From Candidatus Microsaccharimonas sp. (lineage in GTDB: Bacteria; Patescibacteriota; Saccharimonadia; Saccharimonadales; Saccharimonadaceae): a stretch of 64,000 nucleotides of DNA. The DNA is taken from NCBI GenBank assembly GCA_049304275.1, contig JBAQNZ010000017.1, forward strand, positions 11,890 to 75,889, written 5' to 3'. This document shows, one piece after another, positions 27,934 through 34,390 of the stretch. The notes under the pieces were generated by a model. It was given only the letters and a program-made list of their open reading frames with translations, had not been told where the DNA came from and ran no database searches. Numbering within the stretch: position 1 is the stretch's first letter; every line of letters starts with the position of its first letter. A program made the position numbers and the translations under genes.

Positions 27934-28726
27934 TCGTTCCGATTCGGTTGAATACGAATACCAAGACGATAATAATACTTAGGGTAAATAACAGTGGTAA
28001 TATGAAATCATTCACTTTGATTTTACCGTTATGATAGAACGAATCGTATGATTTAAAGGCAACGAAGCTCACCAGTAACGCAATGATGGCGACTTGTGGA
28101 ACCAAAAGGCTGGTAATAAATGGCAGACTGTAGGCAATCGTCCAGTGATACGCCACCCAGCCAAGTTCTGAAATAAACAGACCCCAAGCTAAACTAATAA
28201 ACAATGCATGCGTTTCATCGTCGTACGTACTTAATATGTGCCGAGCGGCAGCATACCCAATCATCCACATACCCAAGACAACAACCGATACAGGCCAAGC
28301 ATAAGACACCATATACAGTGCAGAAGTTCCTAATAGAACGGCAATACCAGCTTGGGCGGCAACCAGTGAACGTCGTGAGCGAGGTTTCAAGAACAGCAAC
28401 CAGGCAATATACAAAACCGTCAGGATGCCCAGAAGGATCAGTTTGCGGTCGTCATCGATTAACGCAGCGTTAATACTCGCCATGTGAAGAACGACACTGA
28501 TACTCACGATGAAATCTATCAGGTTCGAACGGAGATTTGCCAGCCAGTAACGCGGACGAACGGCCAGTACACGCCATTTGCTAATGACAACCAGTAGGAT
28601 AGCGAGAGGGATGGATTCGGTATAACGAATCACGACCAGTAGCGCAATCGCTAGGCCAATATTTAGTACCATGTAGACTGCTTCGCTCAAGAATGAACGC
28701 CGTCGAACCAGTTTTAAAAACTCCAT
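27926..28726 (-). CDS. Polytopic membrane protein, function unknown
   Basis: About 8 hydrophobic helices. The ATG at 28726 lies 10 nt downstream of TGGTATAAT. The track start (TTG at 28753) lies inside the promoter repeat. Confidence 0.6.
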   Translation of the reverse strand: MEFLKLVRRRSFLSEAVYMVLNIGLAIALLVVIRYTESIPLAILLVVISKWRVLAVRPRYWLANLRSNLIDFIVSISVVLHMASINAALIDDDRKLILLGILTVLYIAWLLFLKPRSRRSLVAAQAGIAVLLGTSALYMVSYAWPVSVVVLGMWMIGYAAARHILSTYDDETHALFISLAWGLFISELGWVAYHWTIAYSLPFITSLLVPQVAIIALLVSFVAFKSYDSFYHNGKIKVNDFILPLLFTLSIIIVLVFVFNRIGTTI

Positions 28727-28736
28727 AACTAGGATT

Positions 28737-28745
28737 ATTATACCA
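28737..28745 (-). promoter_or_regulatory. Extended -10 box TGGTATAAT, 10 nt upstream of the ATG at 28726 (leaderless-type)
   Basis: The minus strand reads tggtataat-aatcctagtt-ATG. Confidence 0.55.
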
Positions 28746-28837
28746 CGAGTCAACGAGCGTACTTCGAAAGCTTGCTTTCAGAAGTACCGAGTGACGATGT
28801 GGTATATCGAAGATATACCACGAGTCAACGAGCGTAC
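28739..28837 (-). repeat. Promoter-duplication module: a 24-nt perfect direct repeat (28739-28762 and 28814-28837) with two hairpins between the copies
   Basis: The repeat unit on the minus strand is GTACGCTCGTTGACTCGTGGTATA. Hairpins are at 28799-28821 (10-bp perfect stem, 3-nt loop) and 28759-28787 (13-bp stem with one bulge). Confidence 0.8.
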
Positions 28838-28842
28838 CGAGA

Positions 28843-30519
28843 CTACTGGCTGATCGAGCCGTCGCCGATAATAATCACGAAGTCAGTTTCGCCTACCACG
28901 CTGACTGGTGGCTCGGTCATCTTGATAGTGACGCCGTACAGTTGCTTTAGCTTGGCTACACTCGCCGTCTTATCCGATGTAATCTGATAGATTTCAACCT
29001 TTTCGTAGGTACCATCTGGTGCATTATCAACCGAATCGACGATAAATCCTTTTTCGGCCAGCATGTCAGCTTCCGCTTGTGCCACCCCAACCGTCGAACT
29101 ACCGTTTAATACGGTGATGTGTGGTTCTTCTTTAATAACAGGCCCATTGAGGAGATAGTTCTGAATATATGCTCGCAAAGAGTCGTACATGAACTGTCCT
29201 TCGGACGGCAACACCACACTCCCCGCCCCTGCGATTGTACGTGTCGTAAACTGTGCCTCACCTGTCTTGAACAGGTCAATTGATTGGATATTTTCAGATT
29301 TAATGTCTCGTGCTAGATCCATTAACGTTCGTATTTCCTTTGTTTGAATATTGGTGCGGAGATTTTTACCCAACGCATCAATTAAACCGGTGACCGAACC
29401 GACGTTCGTCAGGGTTCCTGCGCTCATTGCTTTGTCGCGGATCGCGACTAAGATTTTCTGCTGATTGCGTTCACGGTCAAAGTTTGACTGTTCAAACCCA
29501 TAGGTTGGTGCTGCGTCACCGCGCGCCTGCGCGAGGTATAGTGCGTGCTCGGCATCGAGCGTTACTTTGCCATTTGGATAGTCGATAAAGTGACCGTTCG
29601 GTGGACAATTCTTGATGCGCACACTGTAGGTGGCGCCACATTTCCAGTCAAAGTTACTATCCATCTGTCCATTAGGGTCACGGCTCTCGATAGTCACCTC
29701 AATACTGCCCCCGATAGCGTTGACGACGTCGCGCATCACCGTGTAGTTAACGTGCACCCCGTATTGGATATCTATCCCCATAATGTCGCCGATGAATGCC
29801 TGGGTCTTTGTGAGGCGGTCTTGTTCAGCCGCATCGTCTTCACCCTCGTTTACGCAGCTAAAGAAACTGTTGATCTTGCCCGAGTACCCTGGCAAACAAG
29901 GCATATCGTACTGAACATACAGGTCACGTGGAACACTAATCATGTAGGCATTTTTAGCCGTCTGATCAACGCTGACAATCATAATTGAATCAGTCAGGTA
30001 TGCGGCGTCGTGCCCAGGATCATCTTCGGATGTTCCAACAATCAGGAAGTTACTACGCCCATTAGCATCTTGTTTTAGTGGATCACTTTTGACGATATCA
30101 AAGATGTTTCCCTTAAAGATACCGTTACTGGCCAGTACTGTACGCAGAACAACGTACGCACCCACCAATGCACCCAACACCAGCGCAACAATGATCACCC
30201 ATTTAATAATCTTGAGGACTTTATGACGAGGATGTTTCGCTTTGACGTTGCGTTCACGCTTTCGAGGACGTTTTACTCGTTTGTGTCTTGGTTCGTCCTG
30301 ATCGATCTCGCGAAGCGATTCATCTATGTCACCACGCCCTATCGTTCGGCCACTGCGGGCAACCCCAACAGATTCGGCACTATAGTTATCACCAGTGTGA
30401 AGCGACCGATCAATCGGTGCAACAGCAGCATCAGGATCCTTTACAGAATGTAAATCGCCCAACTGGCTATTGGGGCGACGAGGGATAAACCCATCAATGG
30501 AAGGTCGGTTGTTCTTCAT
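28843..30519 (-). CDS. LytR-CpsA-Psr (LCP) family cell-envelope phosphotransferase with C-terminal LytR_C-like domain
   Basis: Basic cytoplasmic N-terminus, one TM, then an LCP core, NFLIVGTSEDDPGHDAAYLTDSIMIVSVDQ...YMISVPRDLYV. Confidence 0.85.
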   Translation of the reverse strand: MKNNRPSIDGFIPRRPNSQLGDLHSVKDPDAAVAPIDRSLHTGDNYSAESVGVARSGRTIGRGDIDESLREIDQDEPRHKRVKRPRKRERNVKAKHPRHKVLKIIKWVIIVALVLGALVGAYVVLRTVLASNGIFKGNIFDIVKSDPLKQDANGRSNFLIVGTSEDDPGHDAAYLTDSIMIVSVDQTAKNAYMISVPRDLYVQYDMPCLPGYSGKINSFFSCVNEGEDDAAEQDRLTKTQAFIGDIMGIDIQYGVHVNYTVMRDVVNAIGGSIEVTIESRDPNGQMDSNFDWKCGATYSVRIKNCPPNGHFIDYPNGKVTLDAEHALYLAQARGDAAPTYGFEQSNFDRERNQQKILVAIRDKAMSAGTLTNVGSVTGLIDALGKNLRTNIQTKEIRTLMDLARDIKSENIQSIDLFKTGEAQFTTRTIAGAGSVVLPSEGQFMYDSLRAYIQNYLLNGPVIKEEPHITVLNGSSTVGVAQAEADMLAEKGFIVDSVDNAPDGTYEKVEIYQITSDKTASVAKLKQLYGVTIKMTEPPVSVVGETDFVIIIGDGSISQ

Positions 30520-30593
30520 AAATACTCATACTACTATACCTAACTTGAGCGATGATTTGAAGCATAACTATAACCATATTGATGTGCCTAGGG

Positions 30594-30599
30594 TATAAT
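30594..30599 (+). promoter_or_regulatory. -10 box TATAAT, 10 nt upstream of the lepB ATG (leaderless-type), embedded in a near-palindrome
   Basis: Sequence cctagggtataatacctag-agta-ATG. Confidence 0.5.
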
Positions 30600-30609
30600 A
30601 CCTAGAGTA

Positions 30610-31209
30610 ATGGAAGCATCGTTTTTTACCCGCCACCCCTTCCTGAAAGATGCTTTCGGCATTTTTATCTTTATTATCGCTGTCCTTATTGGCACCGTTC
30701 TTATCAATGGATTCGTCTTTCGTAGCTATCATGTCGTTGGACCAAGCATGGAAAAAACCCTCTTTACCGGTGACCGTCTGATCGTCGACCGACTACCCGT
30801 CACTTGGGCACATATATTAAATAAAGAGTACCAACCCGACCGTGGTTCGATTATTGTATTCAAGAACCCTCACTTTAGCCAAGGCATCGAAGACGAGTAC
30901 ATCGTCAAGCGCGTGATTGGTTTTCCTGGCGAGCGTGTCGTCCTGAAAGACGGGGTATACACGGTATATAACGATACCTCTCCTAATGGCTTTAATCCCG
31001 ATGAACAGAATCACGGCGAACCTGGCGCACCGACAAATGGTGAAGTTGATATGATTGTTCCAAAAGGCCAAATCTTTGTATCGGGTGATCACCGCGAAGG
31101 AAGTTATTCATATGATTCACGAAATGGTCTGGGTACTATTCCACTCTACGACGTCATAGGTCCTGTTAGTTTCCGGATTTTCCCGTTCAACAAGATTCGC
31201 AGTTTTTAG
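30610..31209 (+). CDS. lepB: Signal peptidase I
   Basis: Catalytic Ser box GPSMEKTL, the VKRVIGFPGERV box and the GDHREGSYSYDSR box. Confidence 0.9.
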   Translation: MEASFFTRHPFLKDAFGIFIFIIAVLIGTVLINGFVFRSYHVVGPSMEKTLFTGDRLIVDRLPVTWAHILNKEYQPDRGSIIVFKNPHFSQGIEDEYIVKRVIGFPGERVVLKDGVYTVYNDTSPNGFNPDEQNHGEPGAPTNGEVDMIVPKGQIFVSGDHREGSYSYDSRNGLGTIPLYDVIGPVSFRIFPFNKIRSF

Positions 31210-32097
31210 TTAATCGTCGCTCAATAATTTTTGGAGTCGTTCAAGGTCGTCATTACTCTTGAACTTGATGATGATGCGCCCAGCACCATGGCCGTTAACA
31301 CGAATATCGACATCTGTCTTTAGGCGATCGCGTAGTGAGGTAACGCTGGCTTCGTGACGAGATTCAGCCGCCGGGTCGCTGAACTCACCCGTCGTCTTGC
31401 GCATGGTTTTAATGTTCACCATATACTGCTCAACTTTGCGTGAACTCCATTCTTCGGCAATAATACGAGGAAGAATTTCCAGGACGAACGTCTCGTCTTG
31501 GCCAGCTAGTGGACGAGCCTGACCCTCGGTCAGAATTCCTTCGGCGATTGCTTGGCGTGCCTCTTTTGGAAGACGGAGCAAGCGCATCGTGTTCGTGACG
31601 GCACTCGGTGATTTATTCACACGTTTGGCAATTTCTTCCTGAGATAAGTTAAATTGATCACGCAATTTCAAATAAGCCGTTGCTGTTTCAATGGCGTTCA
31701 AGTCGCGACGTTGGATATTTTCAATAAGAGATAGTTCGAGCTTGTGTTGGTCACTAAGGTCACGGATAATCGCAGGAATAGTGTCCAGGCCTGCTGCCGT
31801 CGCTGCGCGGTAGCGACGCTCACCCGCAACAATCTGATAGCCATTCATGTCTGGCGTCACAATAATTGGCTGCAACACACCGTATTCTTTGATTGAGTCT
31901 GACAACTCTTGTAGGGCATCGCTATCAAAGCTCCGCCGTGGTTGATCAGGGTTGGTGTGAATCTTGGAAATCGGCAAGTTTTTTAGTTCACTCACCTGTT
32001 CGTCCTGCGAAGCGGTTGGATCAAAACTATCATCCAGCAAATCAATAGGAATCAGTGATTCAAAGCCTCGGCCCAAGCCTTTTTTTGGACTAGGCAT
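31210..32097 (-). CDS. parB: Chromosome partitioning protein ParB (Spo0J)
   Basis: KGLGRGFESLIP N-terminus, GERRYRAA ParB box and an HTH region. Confidence 0.9.
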   Translation of the reverse strand: MPSPKKGLGRGFESLIPIDLLDDSFDPTASQDEQVSELKNLPISKIHTNPDQPRRSFDSDALQELSDSIKEYGVLQPIIVTPDMNGYQIVAGERRYRAATAAGLDTIPAIIRDLSDQHKLELSLIENIQRRDLNAIETATAYLKLRDQFNLSQEEIAKRVNKSPSAVTNTMRLLRLPKEARQAIAEGILTEGQARPLAGQDETFVLEILPRIIAEEWSSRKVEQYMVNIKTMRKTTGEFSDPAAESRHEASVTSLRDRLKTDVDIRVNGHGAGRIIIKFKSNDDLERLQKLLSDD

Positions 32098-32866
32098 GGA
32101 CAGCCTCCGTCCTGGTCATCACTTCTTTTGCCAGCGCTTTATAGGCACGAGCACCCTTTGAAAACTTATCATACACGCCAATAGGCAATCCGTGGCTCGG
32201 CGCTTCGGCGAGGCGAATATTACGAGGAATCGTCACTTCGAACACTTTGCCCGGGAAATGACGTTTAATTTCATCATACACCTGCGTACTAAGCGTTGTC
32301 CGACTATCGAGCATAGTCGGTAACACCCCAAGTAACTCAAGGCTCGGGTTCATACCCTTTCGAACGAGTTTCATCGTCTCGAGGAGTTGTCCTAAGCCTT
32401 CCAGTGCATAGAATTCCGCCTGAACAGGCAGAAGAACGTATTTCGCCGCAATCAGCCCGTTTACGGTCAATAGACTAAGGCTAGGAGGGCTGTCAATCAG
32501 AATATAGTCATACTGGTCGCCACTCGCTTCGATAGCAGACTTGAGGCGTGAAAAACGCTTGTCTGCTTGGGCAAGTTCAACTTCAGTGTTTGCAAGTACC
32601 GACGTCGTCGGAGCAATCCAGAGGTTCTTGTGCTCTGTCTCTTTCACGACCGCATTGAGTGGTGTCGAACCAATAACAACATCGGTCATTGTCAGCGTCA
32701 AGGCTTGCTTATCGACACCCAACCCACTGCTGGCGTTACCCTGCGGGTCAAAGTCAATTAGAAGTGTCCGTTTACCCGCTTTGGCGAGAAAAAAGGCTAA
32801 ATTAATAGCGGTTGTTGTTTTACCAACGCCCCCCTTCTGATTCGTGACAGCAATCACCGTCGTCAC
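32090..32866 (-). CDS. parA: Chromosome partitioning ATPase ParA (Soj)
   Basis: Deviant Walker A NQKGGVGKTT. The proposed GTG start at 32866 gives MTTVIAVTNQKGG and has AGAGGG 8 nt upstream. The track's longer N-terminus translates the promoter repeat. Confidence 0.85.
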   Translation of the reverse strand: MTTVIAVTNQKGGVGKTTTAINLAFFLAKAGKRTLLIDFDPQGNASSGLGVDKQALTLTMTDVVIGSTPLNAVVKETEHKNLWIAPTTSVLANTEVELAQADKRFSRLKSAIEASGDQYDYILIDSPPSLSLLTVNGLIAAKYVLLPVQAEFYALEGLGQLLETMKLVRKGMNPSLELLGVLPTMLDSRTTLSTQVYDEIKRHFPGKVFEVTIPRNIRLAEAPSHGLPIGVYDKFSKGARAYKALAKEVMTRTEAVHA

Positions 32867-32893
32867 CGTGTATACCCTCTGTTCATTTGCTTC

Positions 32894-32902
32894 ATTATAG
32901 CA
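32894..32902 (-). promoter_or_regulatory. Extended -10 box TGCTATAAT upstream of parA
   Basis: The minus strand reads catgctataat-gaagcaaatgaacAGAGGGtatacac-GTG. Confidence 0.5.
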
Positions 32903-32994
32903 TGAGTAAGCGAGTGAAATATAAGCTTGCTTATATTTCCGAGTGGCGAAATGCTCTATCTCGATATAGCATGAGTAAGCGAGTGAAATATAAG
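32896..32994 (-). repeat. Promoter-duplication module: a 30-nt perfect direct repeat (32896-32925 and 32965-32994) with two hairpins between the copies
   Basis: The repeat unit on the minus strand is CTTATATTTCACTCGCTTACTCATGCTATA. A palindrome, gaaatataagc-tt-gcttatatttc, lies at 32916-32939, and a hairpin lies at 32951-32972. Confidence 0.8.
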
Positions 32995-33002
32995 TGCGTA
33001 AC

Positions 33003-33027
33003 AAAAAAGACCCCGCGAGGCGAAGTC
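33003..33027 (-). terminator. Intrinsic terminator after rplU
   Basis: The minus-strand RNA is GACUUCG-CCUCG-CGGGGUC, a 7-bp stem that includes two G-U pairs valid only in this orientation. It is followed by UUUUUUGU. Confidence 0.65.
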
Positions 33028-33035
33028 TTTTCTTG

Positions 33036-33344
33036 CTACTTGATCGAAGTAATTTCGATCTTTGAGTATTTTTGGCGATGTCCGTTTTCTTTATGAACGC
33101 GCTTCTTTGCTTTGTAGCGAATCACACGGATCTTGTCACCCTTTACCAAGTCATCGATGACCTTGGCGGTTACTTTCACATCTTTGACGGTTGGCGTACC
33201 GATAGTAACGTTGTCACCATCAATAACCAACAGTGCGTCGAGAGTGAGCTCTTTAGTTCCTTCCTGGAGGAGGTCCACCAGTAGGGTCTCTTTTTCGGCG
33301 ACAATAAATTGTTTGCCACCGATCTTAACGACTGCTTTTGTCAT
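33036..33344 (-). CDS. rplU: 50S ribosomal protein L21
   Basis: 102 aa, MTKAVVKIGGKQFIVAEKETLLVD...KIRVIRYKAKKRVHKENGHRQKYSKIEI. Confidence 0.95.
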   Translation of the reverse strand: MTKAVVKIGGKQFIVAEKETLLVDLLQEGTKELTLDALLVIDGDNVTIGTPTVKDVKVTAKVIDDLVKGDKIRVIRYKAKKRVHKENGHRQKYSKIEITSIK

Positions 33345-33407
33345 ATAGTTCCTTTAATATTTAGCGATCAGTTACTTATTTTAACAGAGATGAGCATCTA
33401 TGTAAAG

Positions 33408-34313
33408 TTAGATCTGCCCGCCACCCGTTGCCAGTACAACAATGATACCCAGGCCAATGACACCAATAAGTGTGTACATACCATGATGAAGTCGCCAGGT
33501 TTTACGCCATGCGGCAGGAAGTTTCTTTCGATAGTGATGAGCGGCGATTGCGACGAATCCCACAACTGCAAACAACGCCAGTGCACCCAGTGTTGCCGGA
33601 CTAAGTGATTGCAAGGCGCTTCCGAAATACGTCAGTGGATTCCCCACTCCATTCGAGATAGGCGCAGCATACACAACTTTGTCAGATTCGCTTCCCTGCA
33701 CCGCTGCTGATACCGGCGCCCCATAGTACGCAACCACCAGTGTTGTACTGCGACCATCCAGCATACCGTCAACAACAGCAAAACCAACGTCCTGATATTT
33801 GTCGTTGAGAATATTCGCACGGTGGGTCTGTGACGCCATCCAGGCATCGACCGTTGCACGTGCCGTTGGATAATTCTTAGCTAAATTTTCACCAGCTACA
33901 TCGTAGTTATATCCGACATCAGCCAACCACTTCCAAGGGGTGATTCCGCTAGGCGACGTATGTGCCCAATAGTTATTAGCAAGCATATCCTTCGCCTTCA
34001 TAAACGCAGCCTGACTCAATTCCTCATTGATTTTTAGCTCGCCCAGTGACGACGTCGCACGCTGTTCGTTCGTATCAGTCAGCAGTTCGCTGGCAGTAAT
34101 ATTCGACACTCGTCCCAATACTTCCAAACGACCAGCTGTAACATAGCCGTAGACCAGTTGCATCAACAGTGCAAGTACCAGCACGGCGGTGATGCCATGG
34201 AGTCGGACCAGATGAGGACGATACTGATTACCTTTATGCGGCACAAAAGTATGTCGCACATGACGACTAAAAGCTGAACCGTTCTTGTTTTTTTGTTTTT
34301 GTTTCGTGTTCAC
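33408..34313 (-). CDS. CAP/SCP (YkwD-like) domain protein with N-terminal TM and C-terminal TM segments
   Basis: The core NEQRATSSLGELKINEELSQAAFMKAKDMLANNYWAHTSP...GENLAKNY...WMASQTHRANIL is a CAP-domain signature. The GTG start at 34313 lies 10 nt after TGGTATAAT. Confidence 0.75.
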   Translation of the reverse strand: MNTKQKQKNKNGSAFSRHVRHTFVPHKGNQYRPHLVRLHGITAVLVLALLMQLVYGYVTAGRLEVLGRVSNITASELLTDTNEQRATSSLGELKINEELSQAAFMKAKDMLANNYWAHTSPSGITPWKWLADVGYNYDVAGENLAKNYPTARATVDAWMASQTHRANILNDKYQDVGFAVVDGMLDGRSTTLVVAYYGAPVSAAVQGSESDKVVYAAPISNGVGNPLTYFGSALQSLSPATLGALALFAVVGFVAIAAHHYRKKLPAAWRKTWRLHHGMYTLIGVIGLGIIVVLATGGGQI

Positions 34314-34323
34314 GGTTGGCTAC

Positions 34324-34332
34324 ATTATACCA
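34324..34332 (-). promoter_or_regulatory. Extended -10 box TGGTATAAT, 10 nt upstream of the GTG at 34313 (leaderless-type)
   Basis: The minus strand reads tggtataat-gtagccaacc-GTG. Confidence 0.5.
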
Positions 34333-34341
34333 CTTATGCAT

Positions 34342-34366
34342 AAGAAAAGCCCCTTTTTCAAGGGGC
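34342..34366 (-). terminator. Intrinsic terminator after the 854-aa surface protein gene
   Basis: The minus strand reads GCCCCTT-gaaa-AAGGGGC followed by TTTTCTT. Confidence 0.7.
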
Positions 34367-34390
34367 CTTTGCTTTGTTTGTATGATGTGT

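Noticed and set aside
32867-33004. A 46-residue N-terminal extension of ParA containing the duplicated peptide YISLAYSCY.
   Set aside because: The duplication is the translation of the 30-nt promoter direct repeat. ParA homologs start a few residues before the KGGVGKT loop, and a GTG with a Shine-Dalgarno site at 32866 gives that canonical N-terminus.
31210-33035. Possible replication origin or parS sites near parAB: searched for TTATCCACA-type DnaA boxes and for the TGTTNCACGTGAAACA parS consensus.
   Set aside because: I saw no clustered DnaA boxes and no parS match by eye. dnaA and dnaN are not in the window, and the spacers here are short. The gtgaaat segment of the parA promoter repeat is only a weak half-site resemblance.
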